The position numbers and the translations under genes were made by a program. From contig CAXXWQ010000004.1 of the NCBI GenBank assembly GCA_963674945.2, forward strand, positions 1,728,001 through 1,792,000: a stretch of 64,000 bases of DNA, in the 5' to 3' direction. The notes below the pieces were generated by a model, which was given only the letters and a program-made list of their open reading frames with translations, was not told the DNA's origin and ran no database searches. Shown here in pieces: positions 49,469 through 58,959 of this stretch. The first letter of the stretch is position 1. Every line of letters begins with the position of its first letter. This DNA is from an uncultured Desulfosarcina sp. (GTDB taxonomy: Bacteria > Desulfobacterota > Desulfobacteria > Desulfobacterales > Desulfosarcinaceae).

Positions 49469-49813
49469 TCATGCCATTTTCTCTTTGATATAAACGATTA
49501 TCTGGGCGTCGCCCCCATTGTTGCGCACCCGATAGATGTACCCGCTGTAAACCCCCTCCCAATAAGAAACCACCAAAAGAACTGCGTTCTCATGAAACGA
49601 TTTGATCGTTGAAAATTCCGATGATGACAGCCAGCATTCGATTTGAAGCTCCCGATCGGCGGACGAAACACCGTAATGAGAAATCGCCGCTCCACCGTCT
49701 AAGGTTTTCGATCGAGAGATCCGGGCAGTGCTGTCATACCCTGGCTTTGAACGAAGGTGCCTCAGGATTATACTGCCGTCGGGATCGGCCGCAGCGTTGC
49801 TTAAAAAGATCAT
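49469..49813 (-). CDS. Putative distal tail protein
   Basis: 114 aa directly after TMP; RISRSKTLDGG. Confidence 0.55.
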   Translation of the reverse strand: MIFLSNAAADPDGSIILRHLRSKPGYDSTARISRSKTLDGGAAISHYGVSSADRELQIECWLSSSEFSTIKSFHENAVLLVVSYWEGVYSGYIYRVRNNGGDAQIIVYIKEKMA

Positions 49814-52392
49814 GATTCAAATCCGCCAAGCAGCAATTGATCAAGCCCTTCCTGGGTCGCCCGGATCTGGATCGCGGCAAACACCTCCCACATGATCATT
49901 TCCAGATGTGGCGCCAGGCTGTCCCCTTGCACGGTGATCAGCGCCTCGCCGCTTTCGATGGCCCTCGTCTTTGCCTCCATGTATTTGACCTGGGCCTCGT
50001 TCAACGCTTTTTGCATCTCAAGGGTTTTTTCCCTGAGTTCCTGCTCGCTTTTAAGTTGATCCTGGATAGCCCATTTTTCCTGAAGGCTGGTTCCGCTGTC
50101 CCATTCGGAAAACAAACCGCTGATCATTTTACCGGTGTCGGCAAACATCTCGGAGATGTTATCGGACAGGGCAATCGTGGTTTCGGCAGCGGCCTCGATC
50201 TCGGCGATATCCACCTGGGCCTTGTATTCCAGGGCCTTTTGGACAGTGGCCGCGTTGGCCTTCACCTCTTCGATCTTCAGGTCGGTTTCGATTTCAAGGC
50301 GTTTTACTGCGGGGATTTCCTCGATTTTTTTCTTGGCGTCCTCAACTTCGGAAGTGTCTATGGGGACCTTGATGGTTTTTAACTGTCGCGGACCGCCGTT
50401 CTCGTCGCCTACCCAATACTCAAGCTCCTGAAACTTCTCTTTGGCAGCCGCCGTATCGACGTTGAGCGTCTTTTTCTCTTCAACCAACACGCCCATCTTT
50501 CGCAGTTCTTCGGTAAGTTCCGCCGTGCTATAACTTGCATTTTCAACGCCCTTAACGATCTCAAGGGCGCTTTCCTTGGTCATCTTGCCGGCGGTTCCGA
50601 AAGCCGGGCCGACCTTGTCGGCCTCTGCATAGATCCTGGCAATGTCCTCATCGACCTCTTTGGCAAAGGACAGCGATTCTTTCAGGTCGTCGTTATTGCT
50701 GGTCCATTCGTATATTGCTTTGCCTGCAAGGTATCCGGCCGAAGCTACTCCAGCCACGGCTGCGCCAACGGCAAGGACCGGACTTGCGGTAATCGCGGCA
50801 ATGGCACTGCCCATTCCTGCAATAGCCGATGCAACGGCTCCAACAGGAACCGATATGGCCGTGACGGCAGCGCCGATCCCGGCAATCTTGGCCGCCGTGG
50901 TGATCGTGCCGGCATCCAGGGAGTTGAACCACCCGATCAGATCGCCGATCTTATCGGCCAGGGTGACGAACACCTCGGCGATACCGGTGGAGAATCGGAT
51001 CAGGGATTCGGCGCTGTCGACGATCTTTTGAATGGCGTGCTGCAGTCCTTCCGGCGTTGTCAGGTCCACATTGTCGAACAGGCCGGAAACCGCGTCCCGG
51101 ATATCGCCCAGCGAATCTAAGAATCCGGAATAATCCACCCCTTCCAGGGCCTCGGGAAGCGCGCTTGCGACCTCTTCAAAGGTTGTCCCAATACCTGCCA
51201 GAAAATCGTCGAGAGCGCTTAGAATCGGCTCGAAAGCGCCATCGTCAACCAATTTCTCCAACTGATTGACGATGGCGGTAAAACCGTTGATGACACTGGT
51301 TCCCGCCTCCTGAAAATCGTCTCCAATAGCGGAAGAGAGGTTTTTAAAACCTTCCCTAAGCCTGTTTACCGCAACCTCGGGATCTTTCAGCCGCTTGGCC
51401 ACTTCCGCAGCTGCCGATCCGGCCGAGTTCATGGCCGCAGCGGTGATCTCCGAAGATTTGCTCAGCCCGTCAAACACTTCGACCATACGGGCGCTCTGCT
51501 CGATGCCCACCAACTGCTGGGTGACGAACAGCTTTTGATCCTGCCCCAGGGTCTGGAACGCCTTGGAAACGTCGGCAAGGATGTCCTTGCCGGATCTAAG
51601 GTTCCCGTTCGCGTCTTTCTGGGACACGCCGATGGACTCAAGGGCATCTCTCACCGGCTTGCTGTCGTCAATCAGCTTGAGCAGTCCGGTTTTAAGGGCC
51701 ACGGCTGCCTCGTCGCCGGATCGAAATACCTCGATGACCGGCGTGAGTATTCCGGCCGTCTCCTCAAACGAAAATCCCATTTGTTTGGCGATGGGAGAGA
51801 GCCCGGCCATCCCTTTGCCCAGCTGCTGGATATCGGTGGCGTACTGGTTGGACACTTCATTGAGGATATCGATCAGCCGCCTGGCATCGGAAGCCGGCGC
51901 CTTGAACCCTTTGAGGGATGCGATCAGGATTTCGTTGGCGTCGGACGCATCGAGACTGCCGGCAATCACCAAGTCCATGCTGTCCTTGGCCAGGGTCATG
52001 GACTCTTGGATGTCGAACCCGGATTGCTTCCACTCGGCCGTGGCCGTCAAAATACCGGCCGCCGATTCGCCATACGCGTTGGACAACTCCTTGGCGTTGG
52101 TCTTGGCATCGTTCAACGCCTCGGCATTGTCGCCGGCCACCTTCTCCAGTTCGGTAAACGCCGATTTGAGCTTGGACGACTGACTGAATGCATAGGCGAT
52201 CCCGCCGGCGGCCATCGCCGCCAGCATGGCATCCAGCTTGACCACCGCAGTCGTTACGTCGGCCAGCGGTTGGGCCACGTTCCGGACACCGGTGTTCAGG
52301 TCATCCAGGCCGCTGCCCACGGAAGTAAATACCGATCCGGTCCGGTTGGTGGCGGTAAACAATAGCTCGATTGTGCGGGTAAGGTCTGCCAT
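49810..52392 (-). CDS. Tail tape measure protein (TP901-like core)
   Basis: Ala/Gly-rich helical protein of ~860 aa; follows the tail chaperone. Confidence 0.9.
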   Translation of the reverse strand: MADLTRTIELLFTATNRTGSVFTSVGSGLDDLNTGVRNVAQPLADVTTAVVKLDAMLAAMAAGGIAYAFSQSSKLKSAFTELEKVAGDNAEALNDAKTNAKELSNAYGESAAGILTATAEWKQSGFDIQESMTLAKDSMDLVIAGSLDASDANEILIASLKGFKAPASDARRLIDILNEVSNQYATDIQQLGKGMAGLSPIAKQMGFSFEETAGILTPVIEVFRSGDEAAVALKTGLLKLIDDSKPVRDALESIGVSQKDANGNLRSGKDILADVSKAFQTLGQDQKLFVTQQLVGIEQSARMVEVFDGLSKSSEITAAAMNSAGSAAAEVAKRLKDPEVAVNRLREGFKNLSSAIGDDFQEAGTSVINGFTAIVNQLEKLVDDGAFEPILSALDDFLAGIGTTFEEVASALPEALEGVDYSGFLDSLGDIRDAVSGLFDNVDLTTPEGLQHAIQKIVDSAESLIRFSTGIAEVFVTLADKIGDLIGWFNSLDAGTITTAAKIAGIGAAVTAISVPVGAVASAIAGMGSAIAAITASPVLAVGAAVAGVASAGYLAGKAIYEWTSNNDDLKESLSFAKEVDEDIARIYAEADKVGPAFGTAGKMTKESALEIVKGVENASYSTAELTEELRKMGVLVEEKKTLNVDTAAAKEKFQELEYWVGDENGGPRQLKTIKVPIDTSEVEDAKKKIEEIPAVKRLEIETDLKIEEVKANAATVQKALEYKAQVDIAEIEAAAETTIALSDNISEMFADTGKMISGLFSEWDSGTSLQEKWAIQDQLKSEQELREKTLEMQKALNEAQVKYMEAKTRAIESGEALITVQGDSLAPHLEMIMWEVFAAIQIRATQEGLDQLLLGGFES

Positions 52393-52574
52393 CACGACAT
52401 TCCATCAAGACGTTGTTTGTAATACCGCCCCCACAGGATCCGTTCCGCTTCGGTGAGATAGGGATGAGGAAAGATGTCGGGGATCACCTCGAACAAAAAC
52501 CGCTGCCCTCCGATGCCTCTGGCGCATAGGGCTAATGCGTCCTGGACGCGCTTGTTTGCCCAGAGGCTTTCGAT
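52392..52574 (-). CDS. -1 frameshift extension (T-like part) of the tail assembly chaperone
   Basis: 60 open codons IESLWANKRVQDALALC...WGRYYKQRLDGMS after slippery G GGA AAA; stop overlaps the TMP ATG. Confidence 0.75.
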   Translation of the reverse strand: MESLWANKRVQDALALCARGIGGQRFLFEVIPDIFPHPYLTEAERILWGRYYKQRLDGMS

Positions 52575-53005
52575 TTTCCCACGGGTACGTGCCCCAGCGC
52601 GGTCAGGTTGTCGATTTTCCGGAAAAGCCGGAGCATGGTGTCGATGTGATACTCGGCCAGGCGGACCACGTCTTCTTGCGTAAGTTTCACCGACACCACC
52701 CCGAACTCCACAAAGGCAATGGCCTTGACCAACATGGGGTGGACATCGCCGGTAAACCCCAGGCTTTCGATCAGAGCGGCGATCTTCTTTTTCGAATTGT
52801 CTCCGGCCAGCTTTTTGACCAGCTCGTCGAGGTTCCGGTTTTGCTCTCTTCTACGCTCGGCCTGGAACACCTCCGGGCCGGTAAGCGATTGCACCTCAAG
52901 TTCGGCCGGACCGTCTCCATCAAAAAACCCGGCCAGCTCCGGTACCGGAACCGTTTCCGTGCGGCGCTCAAACTCAGCGTTCCTGAATTTTTCAAGATTC
53001 ATCAT
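52532..53005 (-). CDS. Tail assembly chaperone (G-like)
   Basis: Lies between tail tube and TMP; slippery heptamer near its 3' end. Confidence 0.75.
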   Translation of the reverse strand: MMNLEKFRNAEFERRTETVPVPELAGFFDGDGPAELEVQSLTGPEVFQAERRREQNRNLDELVKKLAGDNSKKKIAALIESLGFTGDVHPMLVKAIAFVEFGVVSVKLTQEDVVRLAEYHIDTMLRLFRKIDNLTALGHVPVGKSKASGQTSASRTH

Positions 53006-54027
53006 GCGTTAAACCCCACGGATGCTTTCTCGCAGTACAGCGTGCAGGAAATTTCGGTGTTGTCCCCGGCCGGAAATTTCCGGTCGATGCCCAAAGCGCC
53101 CTGGGTGAGTACAAAGGGCGTCTTATTGGCATCCTGGAAGTATTTGACGGTGATCATTTCACCGGCCTCGTCGACGATGGGATCGGTGATGCCGTCGTTG
53201 GCATACAAGGTAAACGATGCATCACCCACGGAATCGGCGGACACGGATCCGATCACGCCGCTGCCGCCGTCCCCCTTATAGACCTTGGTGCTGGACTTGC
53301 TGATGCCGACCTCGGCCGCCTTAAAATCGCTCACGTTGGGCACGGTGGACAACGTGGGGGTGTAATACTGGATGTACACGGCCTTGGCCACGGATCCGGT
53401 ATGAACGGCCGGCAGGGCCTCGTAAAACTTGACATGGGCGTTCTTTTCGGCAGTGGTCGCGGCCTTTTTCCCTTTGCCGATATTGTCGTACGTAAATGCC
53501 GGGTAGTCGTAGCGCTCGCAGTGCTGGCCGATGTCCTGGTAGATCTCGCTTTCGGAGATGACCGCCGATGACTGGCTGTCGAATTTCACCTGGCCCACCT
53601 CCACCGCGTCCACGGGGATCAGCGGCGGTCCCCCGGCCTCGCCCCGGGTCGATGAAAAAGAAGTTCCCTCGGTGCCTTCCACCTCGTCGATGGTGCCCGT
53701 ATCGTCCATAATGATCGAGCAGATCTTATGATCGTCGGTCGACGGCCGGGTCAGGGCAATGGATATCGCCGCCACGGTGTGAAGCGTACCCTTGCTGTAT
53801 GCCGTAAACCCGGCCACGGCGACCGTGTCATCGTTGGCATGGGTGGATAGGATGTTACTCCCTGTAACCACGCCGTTGGGCCGGATATCCGGCTCGTACC
53901 CGCTTTTGCCGCTCCACAGGGTCCCGGCGGTAAAGATCCGGTTGTCGCCGGAGTCGGTCATCTGCGTAAATTCGGTCAGCACTCTGCCGAGTTCGACCTG
54001 GATTTTACCTCGTTCCGATGTACTCAT
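53002..54027 (-). CDS. Putative major tail (tube) protein
   Basis: Position between gp37 and the chaperone; strong RBS AAGGAG; beta-rich. Confidence 0.6.
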   Translation of the reverse strand: MSTSERGKIQVELGRVLTEFTQMTDSGDNRIFTAGTLWSGKSGYEPDIRPNGVVTGSNILSTHANDDTVAVAGFTAYSKGTLHTVAAISIALTRPSTDDHKICSIIMDDTGTIDEVEGTEGTSFSSTRGEAGGPPLIPVDAVEVGQVKFDSQSSAVISESEIYQDIGQHCERYDYPAFTYDNIGKGKKAATTAEKNAHVKFYEALPAVHTGSVAKAVYIQYYTPTLSTVPNVSDFKAAEVGISKSSTKVYKGDGGSGVIGSVSADSVGDASFTLYANDGITDPIVDEAGEMITVKYFQDANKTPFVLTQGALGIDRKFPAGDNTEISCTLYCEKASVGFNA

Positions 54028-54045
54028 GACTTTCTCCTTATTCTC

Positions 54046-54471
54046 TTATGAGGCCGAATAGTCGGCTTTTAGCCGATAGGTAAGGCCATACACCAATAGG
54101 GGGCCTGTGGCATCGATCAGCGATTCTCGTACCGGCCACAGCTCGGCGCCGAATTCTGCTATCACCAATCCGATCAGCCGGGTTCTTACCGCCTCGATGA
54201 CGGTGTGGCAGGCTTCGGCGCCATCGGCGCGACTGCGATGGTTCTTGGCAATCAACACCACCGTGAACTGCATGGTATGCCGGGCCAGCACATTGTCCAC
54301 CACCTTGCGTCCCTCGAAATCGGCGCCGTTATAGATCACCCATAAGACCGGCAGACGCCTGGGCTTTTTCACCAGTTCCGCAATGTCGCCGGCATACTGC
54401 TCGATGTCACCAACCACACCAGGCGTTGCTTCAAGGGCGGTTTTGATGGCGTCGATGATTTCCTGAATCAT
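54046..54471 (-). CDS. Mu gp37-like tail terminator
   Basis: IEQYAGDI...PVLWVIYNG...VRTRLIG; follows gp36. Confidence 0.75.
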   Translation of the reverse strand: MIQEIIDAIKTALEATPGVVGDIEQYAGDIAELVKKPRRLPVLWVIYNGADFEGRKVVDNVLARHTMQFTVVLIAKNHRSRADGAEACHTVIEAVRTRLIGLVIAEFGAELWPVRESLIDATGPLLVYGLTYRLKADYSAS

Positions 54472-54482
54472 AATTTTGCTCG

Positions 54483-54938
54483 TCAGTAATTATCCAAAGA
54501 TCCCGAAGATCCGTCGGAGCTTTTTCCGATGGTAAAGATGCGATCACTTTTGGATGCGGTGACCGCGACCCCGTCATCGCTGGAGGCAGCCGGGTCCGGC
54601 ACGTCCAAACGAAGCTTGCCTTCGGCCATCTTCTCCAGCATCCGCCGGCCAGCCTGACACCGGTCCGCCCACTGCTTGGGAAGCTCTATGTGGTCCCTTC
54701 TCGCGTACAGCCGGCACACGGCCAGATCGGCGGACATGCGCAAAACGATGGCCGGCGTCGTGGAAAACGGCAGGGTGTAGCGCATGGACAAAAACGCGTC
54801 GATCTCTTCGTCGGCATCGGCAATGGCGGCGGCCACCACATCGGCATCCACCACCCCGGCATCGTCGTCATCGGTCAGCTCGATGAGGATGTTCTCGGAA
54901 AGGCGCTTGGCAATGTCCTCTGCGGTGCAGTAGGCCAT
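54483..54938 (-). CDS. Mu gp36-like (DUF1320) head-tail adaptor
   Basis: MAYCTAEDI...IELTD...AIADADEEIDAFL..RYTLP. Confidence 0.88.
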   Translation of the reverse strand: MAYCTAEDIAKRLSENILIELTDDDDAGVVDADVVAAAIADADEEIDAFLSMRYTLPFSTTPAIVLRMSADLAVCRLYARRDHIELPKQWADRCQAGRRMLEKMAEGKLRLDVPDPAASSDDGVAVTASKSDRIFTIGKSSDGSSGSLDNY

Positions 54939-54944
54939 GACAGG

Positions 54945-55118
54945 TTATTCCGCTGCCGGCGGCTTGGCTTTGGCGGCTGAGAGCTTGACATTTCCTCCAA
55001 GCTTTTGTGCCTCTTTTTCCGAAAGCTCGATTTCGTCACCCGGGTTGTAGGTGTCGGCCGTTTTCTTCCCCTTGGCCCCATGTTTGACGGGCGTGTGTTG
55101 GACGATATACGTGGGCAT
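54945..55118 (-). CDS. Small head-associated protein (57 aa), real frame not in the ORF track
   Basis: RBS AGGAGG; MPTYIVQHTPVKHG...YNPGDEIELSEKEAQKL. Confidence 0.7.
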   Translation of the reverse strand: MPTYIVQHTPVKHGAKGKKTADTYNPGDEIELSEKEAQKLGGNVKLSAAKAKPPAAE

Positions 55119-55147
55119 CGTTTCCTCCTTTTCAGAAAGCCAGGCAG

Positions 55148-56086
55148 TTACGCCACGGCGTCCTCGATAAGATAGCCAAGGTCGCTGGCTATCACCTTCT
55201 CATCCGAGTTCCAGGCCACCTTGAAGTAATGGGCGCCTTTGACACCCCGTTTTTTGTCAAAGTCCCGCTGGGTCTGGCGAAGCATCTCCGAGATCGTCAT
55301 GCCAAAGGTGATGGATTTGATCCCCGGGCTCTTCACCACATGAAGGGCCGCCATATGCTTTCCCCAAAGCCTGGTATAAGAGGCGGTCTGCCCTTCCTTG
55401 GCCGTGTTGTAGCGGGCGCGGCCCACCAGAAGTTTTTCTACTTCCAGCAAGGATGCCACTTCCGCTTTGGTGGCAAGACCGCCGGGGGATCCCTGGTACC
55501 GTGTGGCGCCTTTAACCGCGTCCAGCACCTCGGGCAGCGCCCTGAACTTCATCCAGGCCTCCGCGCCAAACACCAGGGTGTTGGCCCGTAAAAAGCAGCT
55601 TTCCACGGCGGTAAGAACATCCTGCACCGGATTGTCGGCACTATCTCCCCACTGGGCCGTGCCCGAAAGCTGCACCTTGTTGCCGGTGGGATAGGTGTCC
55701 GAATCGAAAACGATGTCGACCACACGCTTTTCCTGGGCGATGTCCAAAAGCAGGTTGAGAAACTCGTTGGTATCCAACTCGGGTTGAAGCGGGTTGTCCG
55801 AGTTGTCGATGGTTTCCTGGGGAAGCCAGTCCCCTAAGGCATGATCGTCCACCGAGTAGTTGTCATCGGAGGCGCCCCAGTCCACTTCGTTGGGCATCGC
55901 CTTGGGACCGATGGCGTCATCCACCAGCTTGAAAGCATCTTCCTTGTCGTATTTGATGATCTTGTCCGATCGCTTGCCCACTTTCACCTGGGGCATAACT
56001 TCGGGCCAAATCATGGCCTCGTTTCGGTACTGGATGCTCATGTTGGTGAGCACCGCATCCACGTGCAGGGCATTGGGTTCAGGCAT
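55148..56086 (-). CDS. Major capsid protein
   Basis: VDAVLTNMSIQYRN...SDLGYLIEDAVA; position after I and the decoration gene. Confidence 0.85.
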   Translation of the reverse strand: MPEPNALHVDAVLTNMSIQYRNEAMIWPEVMPQVKVGKRSDKIIKYDKEDAFKLVDDAIGPKAMPNEVDWGASDDNYSVDDHALGDWLPQETIDNSDNPLQPELDTNEFLNLLLDIAQEKRVVDIVFDSDTYPTGNKVQLSGTAQWGDSADNPVQDVLTAVESCFLRANTLVFGAEAWMKFRALPEVLDAVKGATRYQGSPGGLATKAEVASLLEVEKLLVGRARYNTAKEGQTASYTRLWGKHMAALHVVKSPGIKSITFGMTISEMLRQTQRDFDKKRGVKGAHYFKVAWNSDEKVIASDLGYLIEDAVA

Positions 56087-56124
56087 GACTGTTCTCCTTG
56101 TTGTCGATTACAGGTAAAAGGGTG

Positions 56125-56508
56125 TTATCCCTGGATTTGTCCGGGCGTCAGAAGCAGGGGGACGATGTCTCCGACCACTCCCGATGCCATGAATTTGCCG
56201 ACAACGGATGCATTTACCCCGGCGGCCGGTTCGGCCTTTACGGCCAAAGCGTCGGCATCGCTCGTGGCCCAATCGCCCCTGGCGACGGTTCCCCCCAGCT
56301 TGACGCGGGTGATCCCTGTGAGCATGACGCGTACCGCTTCGCCGGCCTGGCTGGTGGTATGCTGGAACACCCCGATCAGCCCTTCCGTGGACGCCGTTGC
56401 TGCGGCAAGCGTGTCGTCATCGCTTCCGAACTTGGCGATGGTGAACGGTTCATCGATGGCCGCTTCACAATTGACTTTCTTTTCGATACCGGATGTCTGG
56501 CCTATCAT
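56125..56508 (-). CDS. DUF2190-like capsid decoration/cement protein
   Basis: RBS AGGAGG before MIGQ; GEAVRVMLTGITRVKLGGTVARGD. Confidence 0.75.
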   Translation of the reverse strand: MIGQTSGIEKKVNCEAAIDEPFTIAKFGSDDDTLAAATASTEGLIGVFQHTTSQAGEAVRVMLTGITRVKLGGTVARGDWATSDADALAVKAEPAAGVNASVVGKFMASGVVGDIVPLLLTPGQIQG

Positions 56509-56533
56509 TGGTTTTCCTCCTTTTTGAGGCGGG

Positions 56534-57568
56534 TTAGCGGTCTTTGAAAAGATCCGGATGTTTTTCTGAAACGGAGAGAACCGCGTCTTTGTAAGTGACA
56601 CCCTGGTTCTTCTCCATGAACTCCGAAATTAACTGCTCGCGCTTTTCCTGGTTGGTGCCGGCCCCGGCATCCTTGTCGCGGCTGGCGATCTCTTCAAAAT
56701 TGATCAGCTTGGGAAGGCCCTCCAGGAACTCTTTGAACCAGGCGTCCGTGGTTTTCTTCTCTTTGCCTTCGCAAAATTCGATGGGAGAATCGGTGGCCAG
56801 CTGCTCCATAAAAAGGCCGATGCCGGCATCCACCCAGGCCGGAGCGATCTTGCCGGTCTCGACCCCGGCATCGATGTATTCGCCGATCTTCTCGGTCCGT
56901 TGGGCTTTTCTTCGTTTGGCTTCAGTTTCTGCAAACTTGGCCTCGGCCTCTTTGCGGGCATCCTCGGCGGCCTTTTGTTTGGCTGCTTCCAGGTCCGCTT
57001 CGGTAAACGTGCCGGCCGATACCGAAGGGGTGGCGGTGGAAGGAGGAGCGATCATGTCGATGTCCTCATCCTTTCCGCCAAGCTTTTTGAAAATGTTAAT
57101 GGCGTTTAAAAATTCGCTGAACTTCATGCTGTCTCCTTTCGTCGATGCTTTTGTGTGATGAGAAATAAACTCGATGGATGTATCCGCATCCTCGCCAAAG
57201 GCGGGAAGCGGCGTAAGGCCCTTTACCGCCGGGGGCGTGCCGCCCAAAAAACCCACGTGCCGGAGACGGCCGTCGGCGTAAAAGGCGGCGCTGCGGTTTT
57301 GGTACAGCCGGCCGTTAACCCAGCCCTTAAGGGCGTCCACGGGCGCGATGTCGGCCATCAGCCGCTTGACTCCGGATGCGACATCGGCCTTCACGCCGTT
57401 GACCCAGCCGTAAGCCGGACTGTCGTCTTTGGGATGGCCGAGCACCAGGGGCGGCCGGTGCTCACCGGCGTTAAAAGAAGAGACCGCTTTTTCGATCAGG
57501 CAATCGCCGTCATGCTCCCGTCCCTGGCTGTCTCGCTGCGGCCCGCCTTTGAAAATCTCGATCCACAT
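56534..57568 (-). CDS. Mu I-like prohead protease/scaffold
   Basis: WIEIFKGG, PLVLGHP, PAYGWV, YQNRSA, LRHVGFLGGTPPAVKGL. Confidence 0.85.
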   Translation of the reverse strand: MWIEIFKGGPQRDSQGREHDGDCLIEKAVSSFNAGEHRPPLVLGHPKDDSPAYGWVNGVKADVASGVKRLMADIAPVDALKGWVNGRLYQNRSAAFYADGRLRHVGFLGGTPPAVKGLTPLPAFGEDADTSIEFISHHTKASTKGDSMKFSEFLNAINIFKKLGGKDEDIDMIAPPSTATPSVSAGTFTEADLEAAKQKAAEDARKEAEAKFAETEAKRRKAQRTEKIGEYIDAGVETGKIAPAWVDAGIGLFMEQLATDSPIEFCEGKEKKTTDAWFKEFLEGLPKLINFEEIASRDKDAGAGTNQEKREQLISEFMEKNQGVTYKDAVLSVSEKHPDLFKDR

Positions 57569-57700
57569 AATCAAATCTCCTTTGAAAACTTCGTGAGAGG
57601 CTCAAATTTCGACGATCTTGCTTGCGCACGAGCATTGAGCCGTTCTCATCGGGTTTTGTTTGACCTCGGCGCCCTTGGGCGCAATGCTCGCCGGATCTGT

Positions 57701-58192
57701 CTACTCGCCCAGCAGAAAATCGTTGATCGTCGCCTTGATCTCTTCCCAGTCCTCGTCCTGGACTTGGAGAAAGGGCCTTGCCGGGATCAGGCTGCCCGGG
57801 TGATTGACCTTCCTGAAAATTCCGTAGGGCGTCCGTAAGGCCTTTTTCTTCCTGGGCCGGATAATGTGCGGGCCGGTGTGGCCCCCGAGCTGGTGGATGG
57901 CCGCATAGGCCACGTTGGTCCCCACGGCTGTCCAGCCGTTTCCGGCGGCAACGGTAAAGCTGCGGCGAAGCCGCCCTGTCTTGCTTAAGGTCTGGCCGCC
58001 ATCTTCTAAAGCTCTTCTCGAAGGCTCCCAGGCCGGGCGGCCCTCTTGAGCAAAGTTGCGCTCCACCGAAGTCCGCACCACCTCGCCGATCACTTCCATC
58101 AGCGGTTTGGTGCTCTCCATCCGGCTTTTCAACCGGGAGAGCAGTTCTCGGGCCTCGGTATCGTCTACGGTGATGGATACGGCGGCGGTCAT
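57701..58192 (-). CDS. Mu G-like virion morphogenesis protein
   Basis: GRLRRS, VGTNVAYAAIHQLGG, IPARPFL. Confidence 0.9.
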   Translation of the reverse strand: MTAAVSITVDDTEARELLSRLKSRMESTKPLMEVIGEVVRTSVERNFAQEGRPAWEPSRRALEDGGQTLSKTGRLRRSFTVAAGNGWTAVGTNVAYAAIHQLGGHTGPHIIRPRKKKALRTPYGIFRKVNHPGSLIPARPFLQVQDEDWEEIKATINDFLLGE

Positions 58193-58959
58193 AGGCCCAA
58201 TGCCTCCTCATACCTGCGGCGCAATTCGGCGATCAGTTCCGGCAAAGGCATTTGATCGATGGCATCATCAATGTCCGGGCGGGGAACTTCTTCGGTCCAC
58301 TCCTTGCCCACGTTACGCATAAAGCCGGTGTCCGGCATCAGCAGCCGGGCCGGCAGTTTTTCTCCGGTCTTAGGATCCGTGGGCTCGAACAGCTCTCCCG
58401 TGGGATCCTCGATCTCAACCGTAAGGCCATCGCGCTTCACCTCCCGGGCCGACAATGTGTCCACGCCGCATCGGCACCGGTACCCGTTGGGGGGAAACCA
58501 GGTATCCCAGATGGGATGGTTGGCGGGAAACACTCTCCCGTTCATGGCCCGGTGGGCCGGCCGGGTCCGGCCGTCGTTGACCGCGCTGTATCGCCAGTAG
58601 GGCCTTGCCTTGAGAACGGCCGGATCGGTCATCTGGAAATAACGGCCGGCCATGTAAGCGCTTTGGATATTGGTGCGAAAGATGATCTCCAGGCGAACCC
58701 CGCTCCAATTTTGCTCGTCGATGATGTCGGGGATCCTGGCCTTGAAATCTTCAAATGTCTCGCCGTTTGAAAGCGCCTGGTCGATGGCGTCTTTGACCGC
58801 CTCGATCTGGTCCAGCCGGGTCAGGCCGCTCACGTAAAACCCGCGCGCCTGCATCTGCTCGAACATCTCGTCGAACGCTTCACGGGTCATGGGCACCTTG
58901 TCCGCCCAAAACGCCAGGGCCTCGATCATGGACAGCGCCATTGGTTTAACGTCCGGCAT
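58189..58959 (-). CDS. Mu F / SPP1 gp7-like head morphogenesis protein
   Basis: IFRTNIQSAYMAGR, YSAVNDGRTRPAH, PPNGYRCRC. Confidence 0.92.
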   Translation of the reverse strand: MPDVKPMALSMIEALAFWADKVPMTREAFDEMFEQMQARGFYVSGLTRLDQIEAVKDAIDQALSNGETFEDFKARIPDIIDEQNWSGVRLEIIFRTNIQSAYMAGRYFQMTDPAVLKARPYWRYSAVNDGRTRPAHRAMNGRVFPANHPIWDTWFPPNGYRCRCGVDTLSAREVKRDGLTVEIEDPTGELFEPTDPKTGEKLPARLLMPDTGFMRNVGKEWTEEVPRPDIDDAIDQMPLPELIAELRRRYEEALGL

